NCBI GenBank assembly: GCA_965213885.1
Contig: OZ243919.1
Span: 511,733 to 575,732 of the forward strand
Reading direction: 5' to 3'
Origin: Candidatus Poriferihabitaceae bacterium
GTDB taxonomy: Bacteria; Pseudomonadota; Gammaproteobacteria; Arenicellales; Poriferihabitantaceae
DNA: 64,000 bases
Position numbers and translations under genes: made by a program. Within the stretch, counting starts at the first letter, position 1, and each line of letters starts with the position of its first letter. Positions 1-10,204 of the stretch are shown one piece after another. Under the pieces are notes generated by a model that was not told the origin of the DNA, ran no database searches, and saw only the letters and a program-made list of their open reading frames with translations.

Positions 1-351
1 CATGCCGGCACGGACCATGGCGGCGCCCAGCATCAGGCGGTCCTCGGCCATTTGCCGAGCTTTGTCCAGCGAAACGCTCCTGTGTCGACGCACCTCGTGA
101 ATGACGGCTGCGCACCGTTCCCGGTGGTCCCTGTCCGCAGGGTCCACGATGTGTACGCCGGCAAGGTCGATACCGTGGGACGCCGCCTGCTTCTCCAGGC
201 TGTCCCGTGCCCCCACAAGGCTGATGTCGGCGATCCCGTCCTGCCGGAGTGCCGCGCCGGCCTGCATGACGCGCAGATCGTCTCCCTCCGGCAGGACGAT
301 ATGACGTCGGCATGTGCGGGCCTTGTCGATGATAGTGGACAGTAGGGACAT
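1..351 (-). CDS. pta: Phosphate acetyltransferase, N-terminal part (runs off the window edge)
   Basis: Not in the ORF track. My own translation from ATG at 351 gives MSLLSTIIDKARTCRRHIVLPEGDDLRVMQAG...LGAAMVRAGM. The IVLPEGxDxRV motif is typical of Pta, and the gene lies downstream of xsc. Confidence 0.9.
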   Translation of the reverse strand, partial: MSLLSTIIDKARTCRRHIVLPEGDDLRVMQAGAALRQDGIADISLVGARDSLEKQAASHGIDLAGVHIVDPADRDHRERCAAVIHEVRRHRSVSLDKARQMAEDRLMLGAAMVRAGM

Positions 352-524
352 AGCGGGAACCAGGGACTGGCGGAAGATTGTTCCGGTCAATGTGGGCGCC
401 CGATCATAGCAATATCGTCCGTGCGGGTGGAATTGTCCTGCATCATCCGCCAGGATCGGCGCAACGTATCCGGAGGTGAATCGCGGTCAGGGTCATCTCC
501 GTCCGGCTGCACGCGGACGGCCAA

Positions 525-2162
525 CTAACCTGCCGGCCGGGAATCGCCCGCCAGCAGGATGTCCCGGGCGATCCGGCGTGCATCGTCCAGGGTTTCAACG
601 ATCCGGCCATCCGGCACGTCCTCCAGCACGCCGAGGGTTTCCAGGGCGTATGCCCCGGTGCCGGCAAGACCGACCAGGATGCATTCGGTCTCGGAATTCG
701 CGGCAACATCGAGCAGGTGCTCAATCACCAGCGCGGCGCTGTCGTCGATATAGGTCGCATCGGAAAAGTCGAAGATGACGATTTCATGCTCGCGGATATC
801 CGTGCCGATCACGCCGGCCAGCTTGTGGGAGGATGCGACGGTCAGGGTGCCTCGCAGGGCAACCATTCCGACCCGCGCTGCGTGGGGGTCGGAGCCGGTC
901 AGCGCCTCGTCGCCGGCGAAGAAGGTAATATCCAGCAGCGGTACCGAAATCACGCTGTCGAGCTCCAGCCGCTCGAGCCGCCGGGCATGCACCATGCCAC
1001 CGGCGATGAGACCGATCGCCACTGCCGTGATGAGGTCCACGAATACCGTGAGGCAGAGCGTCGTCAGCATGACGAACAGGTGGGAATGCTGCATGCGGTG
1101 GACCCGGGCAAGGAGGCGCCAGTCGATGATGTCCAGACCAACCTTCATCAACACGCCGGCCAGCGCAGCAAGAGGGATCGGCTCGACGAACCGGCCGAGG
1201 CCAAGGACGAGGGCAAGCAACAGCAGGGCGCGCAGCGCGCCCGAAACCGGTGTCGTCCCGCCGGAACGGATGTTCGCCACGGTGCCCATGGGGGAACCGG
1301 CGCCGGGCAGCGCACCGATCAGGCCCGCCGCGATGTTCCCGATGCCCTGACCGATCAGTTCCCTGTCCGGGTTGTGACGCTCTGCGGTGATCGAGTCCGC
1401 CACCAGGGAGGTCAACAGGCTGTCGACCGAGCCGATCAGGGCGAGAATGATCGCAGGTTCCACTGCATACAACAGGAACTCGGCCGACGGCAATGCCAGT
1501 TGCAGTTCCGGTAGGCCTGTCGGTATCGGGCCGATGACATCGATGCCGGTGAGCCAGAATACCCCGAGTGTCGTGCCGGCAGCCAGAGCCGCGAGGGGGC
1601 CTGGAACGAACCGGGACAGCCGCCTCGGCCAGAGAAGGCCCACCGCCAGCGTGAACGTTGCAACCAGTAGGGCATCCGTGTTTGCCCCACTCACGGCGGC
1701 GGGCAGGGTCCGTAGTGCATCCATGGGTCCGCCCGTCATGACCGGTGCACCGAGAAAGGGCAGTGTCTGCAGCAGCACGATGATGATGCCGATGCCGGAC
1801 ATAAACCCGGACACGACGACATAGGGCGTGTAGGCCACGAACCGGCCGATTCTCGAAAGCCCGAGGAGAATCTGGATCAGCCCCGCCATGATGACCACGG
1901 CCAGGGCCTCCGACAGGCTGTCTGCGTAGCTGGTCAGGATGACTGCCATGGCGACGGTCGTCGGTGCTGCCGGTCCAGAGATCTGGGCGCGGGTACCGCC
2001 GAACACGGAAGCGAAGAATCCCACCGCGACCGCTCCATACAATCCGGCCGCCGCCCCCATGCCGGAGGCGATTCCGAAACCGAGCGCAATCGGCAGGGCC
2101 ACCACCGTCGAGGTGATGCCGCCGAAAATGTCCCCCCGCAGAGTTCCGAGGGTGTACTTCAT
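525..2162 (-). CDS. SulP/SLC26-family anion transporter with C-terminal STAS domain (BicA-like)
   Basis: Motifs LRGDIFGGITSTVVALPIALGFGIASG, GLYGA, QISGP and ELIGQGIGN; STAS motif VIFDFSDATYIDDSA. Confidence 0.92.
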   Translation of the reverse strand: MKYTLGTLRGDIFGGITSTVVALPIALGFGIASGMGAAAGLYGAVAVGFFASVFGGTRAQISGPAAPTTVAMAVILTSYADSLSEALAVVIMAGLIQILLGLSRIGRFVAYTPYVVVSGFMSGIGIIIVLLQTLPFLGAPVMTGGPMDALRTLPAAVSGANTDALLVATFTLAVGLLWPRRLSRFVPGPLAALAAGTTLGVFWLTGIDVIGPIPTGLPELQLALPSAEFLLYAVEPAIILALIGSVDSLLTSLVADSITAERHNPDRELIGQGIGNIAAGLIGALPGAGSPMGTVANIRSGGTTPVSGALRALLLLALVLGLGRFVEPIPLAALAGVLMKVGLDIIDWRLLARVHRMQHSHLFVMLTTLCLTVFVDLITAVAIGLIAGGMVHARRLERLELDSVISVPLLDITFFAGDEALTGSDPHAARVGMVALRGTLTVASSHKLAGVIGTDIREHEIVIFDFSDATYIDDSAALVIEHLLDVAANSETECILVGLAGTGAYALETLGVLEDVPDGRIVETLDDARRIARDILLAGDSRPAG

Positions 2163-2508
2163 GGATGGTCTGTTGGAGGGATCGCCTGTATTTTCTTCAA
2201 CATGTCACATCGGTCGGACGGCATGCCCGGTCAGGTGTGCGGTTACAAGTTCCCGGCCGCGTTATCCATTATTCCCGGCGGCATCCGCCCAAGTCTGTCC
2301 GTCCGCTGGCGGATGGAATCGTACCAGCCTGTCCAGGCGACCGGCAGTACCCCCATCGGGGGAGGCCGGAGCTCCGATGGCGGGCCTTTGGGGGATTCCG
2401 AAAGGAGGAGTGGTCATCCTGGTCCGCAGACGGGTCGGGCTTCCCGGGAGCAGGTGCCCGGCTGTGCCGGATCGACACGGCCGGGCTGCCGGCATCCCCG
2501 GAGGTGGT

Positions 2509-4281
2509 TCAGACGTAGTCCTTGTACTTGGCCAGGTGACGTACCGGCTTGGACAGCGCGTCCCGGCGGAAGGGATCGCCCAGTTCGCGGGTGCACATGA
2601 CCTCGATGACGGTGGTCCTGCCATCGTTCATCTGAGCGTCAATGGCTTCCTTGAGCGCAGTTCCGACCTGGTCGATCTGGTCGATGCGAACGCCTTGTGC
2701 GCCCATGGCCTGCGCAATCATCGAGAAATTCTCGGAGCCTTCCTGGTTCAGTTCTCCCGCGACGAAGCGACGGCCGTAGAAATCCACCTGGTTCTTCTTT
2801 TCCGCGCCCCACTGGCGGTTGTGAAACACCACGGCGGTCACCGGGATGCCGTGGCGCACGGCGGTCATGGTTTCCACCATGCTCATGGCCCAGGCACCGT
2901 CTCCGGCATAGGCCACCGCCGGCCGATCCGGCGCGGCGCACTTGGCCCCAATCATGGTCGGCAGGGAATAGCCACAGTTGCCGAAACTCATCGGAGCGAG
3001 GAAACTGCGACCGCGCTCGAAACGCAGGTAGCTGTTGGCCACGGCGCTGATATTGCCGATGTCGGTGGATACCATCACGTCCTCGGGCATGGCCTTTTCC
3101 AGTTCCCGCAGGACCCGCCTGGGACTGAGCCAGTTGCCCGGCTCTTGTTCATGTTCCTGGATCATTTCGAGGCTGTAGTCGTCCTGTTCGTGGAGCCATT
3201 CGTTCAACTCCTGCTCCCACGCGGCCTTTTCGTCGGCGGTGGTCCGGGTCCGTTCGTCACGGTTGGCGTCGCAGGCCAGTTCACGGTCCCGGATCCGGGC
3301 AAGCAGGGCACGGGCCGACGCCCCGGCATCGCCGCAGATTCCAACGGAAATATTCTTCACCAGACCGAGCATCCTGTGGTCGGCGTCGATCTGGATGATC
3401 CGGGCATCTTTCGGCCAGTAGTCGATGCCGTACTGGGGCAGCGTGCCAAAGGGACCGAGCCGCGTGCCGAGGGCAATGACCACATCGGCCCTGTTGATCA
3501 GGTTCATGGCCGCCTTGGAGCCATGATAACCCAGGGGGCCTGCCCACTGGGGATGACTGGCGGGGAAGGTGTCGTTGTGCAGGTAGCTGTTCGCCACCGG
3601 GCAGGCCAGGCGTTCGGCAAGGGCGACACAGTCCCCGATGGCATCTCCCATCACCACGCCGCCACCGGCCAGGAGGACGGGAAACCTGGCCTTGGCAATC
3701 AGTTCGGCGGCCTCGTCCAGGGACCGCTTGCCGCCGGGGCCCCGGTCGACCCGCATCGGCTGCGGGATTTCGACATCAATGTCGCCATAGAAATAGTCCC
3801 GCGGAATATTGAGTTGGGTCGGGCCCATTTCGGACATGGCGCGGTCAAAACAGCGCGCGGTGAATTCCGCCATCCGTTTCGGGTTGTTCACATGCCCCTG
3901 GTACTTGGTGAACTCCTGGAACATGGGCAGCTGGTTGGCTTCCTGGAAGCCGCCGAGGCCCTGCCCCATGGTACCCGTTTCCGGGGTGACGATGACCACG
4001 GGGGAATGCGCCCAGTAGGCGGCGGCAATGGCGGTGACGCAATTACTGATACCGGGTCCGTTCTGGCCGATGCAGACCCCGTGGCGACCGCTCACTCTGG
4101 AATAGCCGTCCGCCATGTGCGCCGCGCCCTGTTCGTGGACCACCGGTATCAGGCGGATGCCGGCCGGGGCGAAGATGTCCATGGCGTCCATGAAGGCGGA
4201 TCCCATGATGCCAAATATTTCGGTGACCCCGTTGGTCGCCAGGGTTTCGACGAATGCCTCGCTGGATGTCATTCTTGCCAT
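2509..4281 (-). CDS. xsc: Sulfoacetaldehyde acetyltransferase (ThDP enzyme)
   Basis: Motifs FGIMGSAFMD, GQNGPGISNCVT and ThDP motif GDGAW...FHNRQWGAEKKNQVDFY; C-terminus ELGDPFRRDALSKPVR is characteristic of Xsc. Confidence 0.95.
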   Translation of the reverse strand: MARMTSSEAFVETLATNGVTEIFGIMGSAFMDAMDIFAPAGIRLIPVVHEQGAAHMADGYSRVSGRHGVCIGQNGPGISNCVTAIAAAYWAHSPVVIVTPETGTMGQGLGGFQEANQLPMFQEFTKYQGHVNNPKRMAEFTARCFDRAMSEMGPTQLNIPRDYFYGDIDVEIPQPMRVDRGPGGKRSLDEAAELIAKARFPVLLAGGGVVMGDAIGDCVALAERLACPVANSYLHNDTFPASHPQWAGPLGYHGSKAAMNLINRADVVIALGTRLGPFGTLPQYGIDYWPKDARIIQIDADHRMLGLVKNISVGICGDAGASARALLARIRDRELACDANRDERTRTTADEKAAWEQELNEWLHEQDDYSLEMIQEHEQEPGNWLSPRRVLRELEKAMPEDVMVSTDIGNISAVANSYLRFERGRSFLAPMSFGNCGYSLPTMIGAKCAAPDRPAVAYAGDGAWAMSMVETMTAVRHGIPVTAVVFHNRQWGAEKKNQVDFYGRRFVAGELNQEGSENFSMIAQAMGAQGVRIDQIDQVGTALKEAIDAQMNDGRTTVIEVMCTRELGDPFRRDALSKPVRHLAKYKDYV

Positions 4282-4414
4282 GTTGCTACCTCGAGTCTGG
4301 ATATTGCTGAATGTGGGAAATGAATCTTGAATGCAGGATCAACCCGGATCCTTGCAGTAATACGGACGTGGTGATGATGAAGACCGGATCAGCATGTCGG
4401 GTGACGGATTGTCA

Positions 4415-5533
4415 TCAGGCTGCCAGAGCCTCCTCGGCCGGCACGAAATCATAGCCCAGTTCCTCGGCGACCGGTTTGTTGGTCACCTTGCCGGCATGGA
4501 CGTTGAGGCCGTTTCGAAGATGCGGGTCCGACATCAGCGCTTTCTTGGGACCCAGGTCCGCCAGCTTCAGGGCGAACGGCAGGGTGACGTTGTTGAGCGC
4601 GAAAGTGGATGTCCGTGGCACACCGCCTGGCATATTGGCCACGCAGTAGTGTACAACATCGTTGACGGTGTAGGTGGGCTCGGCATGGGTGGTCGGGTGC
4701 GAGGTTTCGCAGCAACCGCCCTGGTCGATGGCGACATCCACGATGACGGCGCCGGGCTTCATGCTGGCGACCATTTCCTTCGTGACCAGCTTGGGAGCCC
4801 CGGCGCCGGGCACCAGCACACCGCCGATGACAAGGTCAGCTCCGAGTACATGCTGCTCCAGCGTGCCCGCGGTGGAGAACACCGTGTTGGTGGAGCGGCC
4901 GAACATCTGCCAGTGGCGGTCGAGTGCGTCGGAATTGTTGTCAAGCACCCATACGTCCGCACCCATGCCAACGGCGATGTGGGTGGCATGGATGCCCACC
5001 ACGCCGGCGCCCAGGATCACTACCTTCGCGGGATCCACCCCCGGCACACCGCCGAGCAGTATACCGAGGCCCCCGTGGGGATGCTCCAGGCAATATGCCC
5101 CGGCCTGGATGGCCATGCGCCCAGCGACCTTGGACATCGGTGCCAGCAGTGGAAGTCCGCCATGGGGGGAGGTGACGGTCTCGTAGGCGATGCAGGTCGC
5201 GCCGCTCCCGACGAGGTCCCGGGTCTGGTCCGGGTCCGGCGCCAGGTGCAGGTAGGTGTAGAGAATCTGCCCTTCGCGCAGCATGGCACGCTCCGCGGCC
5301 TGGGGTTCCTTGACCTTGACGACCATCTCCGCCCGTTCGAACACCTCGGCGGCAGTACTCACGATCTCCGCGCCGGCGCTACGGTATTCGTCATCGAACC
5401 GGCTGATGCCGGCGCCTGCGCCGGTCTCCACCAGCACCCGGTGGCCGTGCTTGACCATCTCCCGCACGCTGGTTGGCCTCATCCCGACGCGGTATTCATG
5501 GTTTTTGATTTCTTTGGGTACGCCTACAATCAT
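4415..5533 (-). CDS. ald: Alanine dehydrogenase
   Basis: MIVGVPKEIKNHEYRV, YLHLA, GAGVVG, VDVAIDQGGC and YCVANMPG. Start trimmed to the ATG at 5533. Confidence 0.96.
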   Translation of the reverse strand: MIVGVPKEIKNHEYRVGMRPTSVREMVKHGHRVLVETGAGAGISRFDDEYRSAGAEIVSTAAEVFERAEMVVKVKEPQAAERAMLREGQILYTYLHLAPDPDQTRDLVGSGATCIAYETVTSPHGGLPLLAPMSKVAGRMAIQAGAYCLEHPHGGLGILLGGVPGVDPAKVVILGAGVVGIHATHIAVGMGADVWVLDNNSDALDRHWQMFGRSTNTVFSTAGTLEQHVLGADLVIGGVLVPGAGAPKLVTKEMVASMKPGAVIVDVAIDQGGCCETSHPTTHAEPTYTVNDVVHYCVANMPGGVPRTSTFALNNVTLPFALKLADLGPKKALMSDPHLRNGLNVHAGKVTNKPVAEELGYDFVPAEEALAA

Positions 5534-5746
5534 TTCGGACCTCAATGTGACTGGGCAAACAAGACGATTTCCGGCCGGGCCTTGTGGGCGCTTGCCGGCA
5601 GAAGGAAGAAGGTATTGGGTTCCGGGTCCGCGGTGTAGTACCAGAAGGCGCTGCCGCGATAGGCCAGTTCGGCCCGGCTCGCGAACTGTGACGGAAACGG
5701 CATTGGCGCATGCCGGCCGGGATACTCCGGACGGACCGTTCCGCCG

Positions 5747-7234
5747 CTAGCGTGTCTTGATCCGGCCGATGGCCTCGTCCCAACCGGCAACCAGGGACTC
5801 TCGCCTTCCCGTATCCATTTCCGGGCTGAACCGGTGCGCCTCGCGCCAATGGGATGCAATCTCGTCGGTGGACTGGAAAACGCCACATTCAAGACCGGCC
5901 AGGTAGGCCGCGCCAAGGGCCGTGGTTTCGATGACCACCGGCTTTTCCACAACGGTGTTGAGGATGTCCGCGAGGAACTGCAGCATCCAGTGGTTGGCAA
6001 CCATGCCGCCATCCACCCGCAGTCTTTCCAGGGGGCGGCCACTGTCCGCGGCCATCGCCTCCACCAGTTCCCGTGACTGGTAGCACACTGCCTCCAGGGC
6101 GGTGCGGACGAATTGCGCGATGCCGGTATCGCGGGTGATGCCCAGTACCGCGCCGCGGGCATGGGGGTCCCAGTGGGGGGCGCCGAGACCGGTAAAGGCC
6201 GGCACCATGTACAGGCCTTCGTTGCCGGCAGTTGCGCCTACCAGGGCGTCGATCTCGTCCACGTGGCCGATCAGTTTCAGTCCATCCCGCACCCACTGGA
6301 TCGCGGTGCCGGCATTGAAGATCGACCCCTCCAGGGCGTAGGTCACTTCCCCGTCGAGCCGGTAGCCCACGGTGGTGAGCAGGCGATTCCCGGAGGTCAC
6401 CGGGACGGTGCCGGTGTTCATGACCATGAAGCAGCCCGTGCCATAGGTGCTTTTCACCATGCCCGGGTGAAAGCAGGCCTGTCCGAACAGGGCACCCTGC
6501 TGGTCCCCCACCACGCCCCCAATGGGCAGGGCCGCACCCAGAACGGCGGGGTCGGTGATGCCGTAGTCATCGGCGCTGTCGCGTACGTCGGGCAGCAGGA
6601 CCCGCGGGATGCCAAAAACGGTGAGCAGGTGGTCGTCCCAGGACTGGTCGTGAATGTTGAACAGCATGGTGCGGCTGGCATTGGTGGCATCCGTGGCGTG
6701 GACCCTGCCGCCGGTGAGCTTCCACACGACAAAGGAGTCCACGGTACCGAACGCAAGTTCGCCCCGTTCCGCCCTGGTCCTGGCCCCGGGGACGTGGTCC
6801 AGGATCCAGGCGATCTTGGTGGCGGAAAAATAGGCGTCAAGGAGCAGGCCGGTCCGTGCGGTGATCTCCCGGCCATGGCCTTCCTCCCCGATGCGTGCGC
6901 ACTCGTGCGCCGTCCGCCTGTCCTGCCAGACGATGGCGTTGTAAACGGGCTCCCCGGTGACGCGGTCCCAAACGAGGGTGGTCTCCCGCTGGTTGGTGAT
7001 GCCGACGGCTGCCACGCAATCTCCGGCCTGCCCGAGGACGTCCCGGGCGGAATCGAGGGTGGTTTCCCAGATGGCCGCGGGATCGTGTTCCACCCAGCCG
7101 TCGTCGGGATAGATCTGCGGAAACTCGTACTGGGACGAGGCCAGGGCTGCGCCGTCGGGTGTGAAGACAATGGCACGGGAACTGGTGGTGCCCTGGTCGA
7201 TGGCGAGGATGTTCCTGTTCATGCTGCGGGTCAT
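5747..7234 (-). CDS. glpK: Glycerol kinase
   Basis: [49 protein letters not shown]. Start is 7234 or 7222. Confidence 0.96.
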   Translation of the reverse strand: MTRSMNRNILAIDQGTTSSRAIVFTPDGAALASSQYEFPQIYPDDGWVEHDPAAIWETTLDSARDVLGQAGDCVAAVGITNQRETTLVWDRVTGEPVYNAIVWQDRRTAHECARIGEEGHGREITARTGLLLDAYFSATKIAWILDHVPGARTRAERGELAFGTVDSFVVWKLTGGRVHATDATNASRTMLFNIHDQSWDDHLLTVFGIPRVLLPDVRDSADDYGITDPAVLGAALPIGGVVGDQQGALFGQACFHPGMVKSTYGTGCFMVMNTGTVPVTSGNRLLTTVGYRLDGEVTYALEGSIFNAGTAIQWVRDGLKLIGHVDEIDALVGATAGNEGLYMVPAFTGLGAPHWDPHARGAVLGITRDTGIAQFVRTALEAVCYQSRELVEAMAADSGRPLERLRVDGGMVANHWMLQFLADILNTVVEKPVVIETTALGAAYLAGLECGVFQSTDEIASHWREAHRFSPEMDTGRRESLVAGWDEAIGRIKTR

Positions 7235-7354
7235 GCTGGCGTCTGGTCGGGAATTGTCGAACCTTACCGGTTCGTTGCGCAACCCAAAAGGGTGGGCGGT
7301 CTCCCGGGAGATGGCGGCCGCCTCAATGCCGGTACCGGGCAATCGGCACCTTCT

Positions 7355-7460
7355 CCGTTTTCATCCATATGGTTTTCGTATTGGTTTCTTTGAAAACAGA
7401 TCGGGAAAAAATCACTTTCACTCGAAAACAAGATTTGTTTCATTTTTCGTTTCTTCGCAT
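7355..7460. promoter_or_regulatory. Divergent glpK/glpV promoter region with candidate GlpR operators
   Basis: AT-rich patch with repeated GTTTTC/GAAAAC half-sites, including palindromic TTTC-ACTC-GAAA (7416-7427). glpR lies in the cluster. Confidence 0.45.
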
Positions 7461-7551
7461 GTTAAGCTACCCCCCGTTGAGCGTCAACACAGTGCCGTCC
7501 GCCGGTTTTGCGTCGGCCGGTAACACCATTTTCAACTACGAGGAGTCCAAC

Positions 7552-9279
7552 ATGAAAATGAAAATCGTGGTCGCCGCTGCCGTGGCGACATGCATGGTCC
7601 AGGGTCCCGTCCACGCCGGTTCGGCGGAGGCGGAGATGTGGATCAACGATGAGTTCCAGCCGTCCGTGCTCTCCAAGGAGGAGCAGATGGCAGAGATGGA
7701 ATGGTTCATCAAGGCCGCCGAGCCGTTCCAGGGCATGGAGATCAACGTGCTCTCCGAAACCATTCCGACTCACGAGTATGAATCCAAGGTGCTGACCAAG
7801 GCCTTCGAGGAAATCACCGGCATCAAGGTGAATCACCAGCTGCTGGGCGAAGGCGAGGTCGTTCAGGCGGTGCAGACCCAGATGCAGACCGGGCGCAATC
7901 TCTATGACGCCTACATCAACGATTCCGATCTGATTGGCACCCATTCGCGCCTTCAGCTTGCCGTGAACCTATCCGACTGGATCGCGGGAGACGGCGCAGA
8001 TGTCACCAATCCCGGCCTGGATGTGGATGACTTCATCGGCAAGTCCTTCACCACCGGGCCGGACGGCAAGCTCTACCAGCTTCCCGACCAGCAGTTCGCC
8101 AACCTCTACTGGTTCCGCAAGGACTGGTTCGACCGCGAGGACCTGCAGGCCAGGTTCAAGGAAATGTACGGATATGACCTCGGCGTCCCGGTGAACTGGT
8201 CCGCCTACGAGGACATCGCCGAATTCTTTACCGATCATGTGAAGGAAATCGACGGTGTCCGGGTATATGGCCACATGGATTACGGCAAGCGCGCGCCGGA
8301 CCTTGGCTGGCGCATGACCGATGCGTGGCTCTCCATGGCGGGTGCCGGCAGCAAGGGCCTGCCGAACGGCATTCCGGTGGACGAGTGGGGTATCCGCATG
8401 GAGGATGGTTCCTGCAACCCTGTCGGCGCCAGTGTTTCCCGGGGTGGCGCGGCCAACGGGCCGGCGGCAGTATATGCCATTCGCAAGTGGGACGAGTGGC
8501 TGCGTAAATACGCTCCTCCAGGTGCGGCGAGCTACGACTTCTACCAGTCCCTGCCGGCACTTTCCCAGGGCAACGTGGCGCAGCAGATCTTCTGGTACAC
8601 CGCGTTCACCGCGTCCATGGTGGCGCCCAGGAGCGACGGCAACAATACCGTGGACGATGCCGGCAATCCGCTCTGGCGGATGGCGCCTTCCCCCCACGGC
8701 CCGTACTGGGAGAAAGGCCAGAAGCTGGGCTACCAGGACGCCGGCTCCTGGACCCTGTTCAAGTCCACGCCGGTGGACCGCCGCCAAGCAGCCTGGCTGT
8801 ACGCCCAGTTCGTGGTTTCGAAGACTGTGGACGTGAAGAAGAGCCACGTGGGCCTCACCTTCATCCGCGACAGTTCCATCAATCATGCATCCTTCTCCGA
8901 ACGCGCCCCGAAACTCGGCGGCCTGGTCGAGTTCTATCGCTCCCCGGACCGGGTCCGCTGGTCGCCGACCGGCGTCAACGTGCCGGACTATCCGAAGCTG
9001 GCCCAGATCTGGTGGCAGCAGATCGGGGACGTGAATTCCGGCGCCTTTACACCCCAGGAGGCCATGGACCGCCTGGCCGGTGAAATGGACCAGGTCATGG
9101 CACGGATGCAGGCGGCGGACGAGGCCGCCAACGTATACGGCGGCTGCGGCCCCAGGCTGAACGAGGAGCAGGATCCGCAACACTGGCTGGATCAGCCCGG
9201 TTCACCCAAACCCAAGGTCAACGAAAAACCCCAGGGCGAAACCATCGCCTACGAGGACCTGATCAAGGGTTGGCAGTAA
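7552..9279 (+). CDS. glpV: Glycerol ABC transporter substrate-binding protein
   Basis: AGGAG RBS before ATG 7552; signal peptide; motifs EFQPSVLSKEEQMAEMEWF, QLPDQQFANLYWFR and GHMDYGK; glp context. Confidence 0.88.
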   Translation: MKMKIVVAAAVATCMVQGPVHAGSAEAEMWINDEFQPSVLSKEEQMAEMEWFIKAAEPFQGMEINVLSETIPTHEYESKVLTKAFEEITGIKVNHQLLGEGEVVQAVQTQMQTGRNLYDAYINDSDLIGTHSRLQLAVNLSDWIAGDGADVTNPGLDVDDFIGKSFTTGPDGKLYQLPDQQFANLYWFRKDWFDREDLQARFKEMYGYDLGVPVNWSAYEDIAEFFTDHVKEIDGVRVYGHMDYGKRAPDLGWRMTDAWLSMAGAGSKGLPNGIPVDEWGIRMEDGSCNPVGASVSRGGAANGPAAVYAIRKWDEWLRKYAPPGAASYDFYQSLPALSQGNVAQQIFWYTAFTASMVAPRSDGNNTVDDAGNPLWRMAPSPHGPYWEKGQKLGYQDAGSWTLFKSTPVDRRQAAWLYAQFVVSKTVDVKKSHVGLTFIRDSSINHASFSERAPKLGGLVEFYRSPDRVRWSPTGVNVPDYPKLAQIWWQQIGDVNSGAFTPQEAMDRLAGEMDQVMARMQAADEAANVYGGCGPRLNEEQDPQHWLDQPGSPKPKVNEKPQGETIAYEDLIKGWQ

Positions 9280-9295
9280 TCCGCGGGGATGTGGG

Positions 9296-9325
9296 GCGGG
9301 CTGTCTTCGGGCAGCCCGCAATTTT
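9296..9325 (+). terminator. Stem-loop after glpV (terminator or mRNA-stabilising hairpin)
   Basis: GCGGGCTGTC-TTCG-GGCAGCCCGC followed by AATTTT. Confidence 0.6.
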
Positions 9326-9375
9326 CCTCGAAATCGGGGACAACCCTGGGAACGCCACCATGAAACGGTACCGCA

Positions 9376-10191
9376 ATGACCGACGCGTCGACTGAAGTGC
9401 ACATCAGCGAAAGGCAGCGGGCGCTGCTGGCCCATATCCGCAGTCACGGCAGCGGTCAGGTGGAATCCCTGGCGACCCAGTTCGAGGTCACGCCGCAGAC
9501 CATCCGGCGGGACCTGAACATCCTGTGCAACCGTAAATTGCTGCAAAGGGTGCACGGTGGTGCCGTGGCCCCCGACGACACGGCTCCGTACGGTCAGGAA
9601 CCGGCGAATCTGGACTACGCCACGCGCCTTGTCATCAACATGGATGGCAAGGACCGCATCGGGAAGATGACGGCGCAGATCATACCGAGAGGCGCCTCCA
9701 TGTTCATCAACATCGGTACCACCACCGAGCGGGTTGCCTACCATCTTACCAAGCACACTGGCCTTCTGGTGATCACCAACAATATCAATATTGCCAACAC
9801 GCTGCGCCGCTCGAAGGCGATCCGGGTGATGACTGCTGGCGGACTGGTCCGCCATGAGGACGGGGGCATCGTGGGAGATGCCACCGAGGAATTCGTCGAC
9901 CGCTTCAAGGTGGACTACGCCGTGATCGGTTGCTCCGCCCTCGACGAGGATGGCACTATCCTGGAATTCGATGTGCGCGAGGTCCGGGTGGCCCAGTCAA
10001 TCATTCGCAACGCCCGTTCCGTGATTCTGGTGGCCGACAGCACGAAATTCCAGCGCAAGGCGCCGGTCCGGCTCGGCAGCCTGGAACAGGTCGATTACTT
10101 CGTCAGCGACGAGACGCCGCCACAAGCCGTCCTCGAGTACTGTTCGGCCAACGGTGTGCACGTGGTCGGTGAAGGCCACGCCGACGGCTGA
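9376..10191 (+). CDS. glpR: DeoR/GlpR-family repressor
   Basis: HTH motif FEVTPQTIRRDL...RVHGGA; sensor motif INIGTTTE. Confidence 0.92.
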   Translation: MTDASTEVHISERQRALLAHIRSHGSGQVESLATQFEVTPQTIRRDLNILCNRKLLQRVHGGAVAPDDTAPYGQEPANLDYATRLVINMDGKDRIGKMTAQIIPRGASMFINIGTTTERVAYHLTKHTGLLVITNNINIANTLRRSKAIRVMTAGGLVRHEDGGIVGDATEEFVDRFKVDYAVIGCSALDEDGTILEFDVREVRVAQSIIRNARSVILVADSTKFQRKAPVRLGSLEQVDYFVSDETPPQAVLEYCSANGVHVVGEGHADG

Positions 10192-10204
10192 ACCTGCCCG
10201 TCCC

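Noticed and set aside
1939-4323. 794-aa plus-strand ORF and similar long antisense ORFs (4394-5638, 45601-47472, 61617-63344 and others)
   Set aside because: They are shadows of well-supported genes on the opposite strand, which is expected in GC-rich DNA, and they carry no recognisable motifs.
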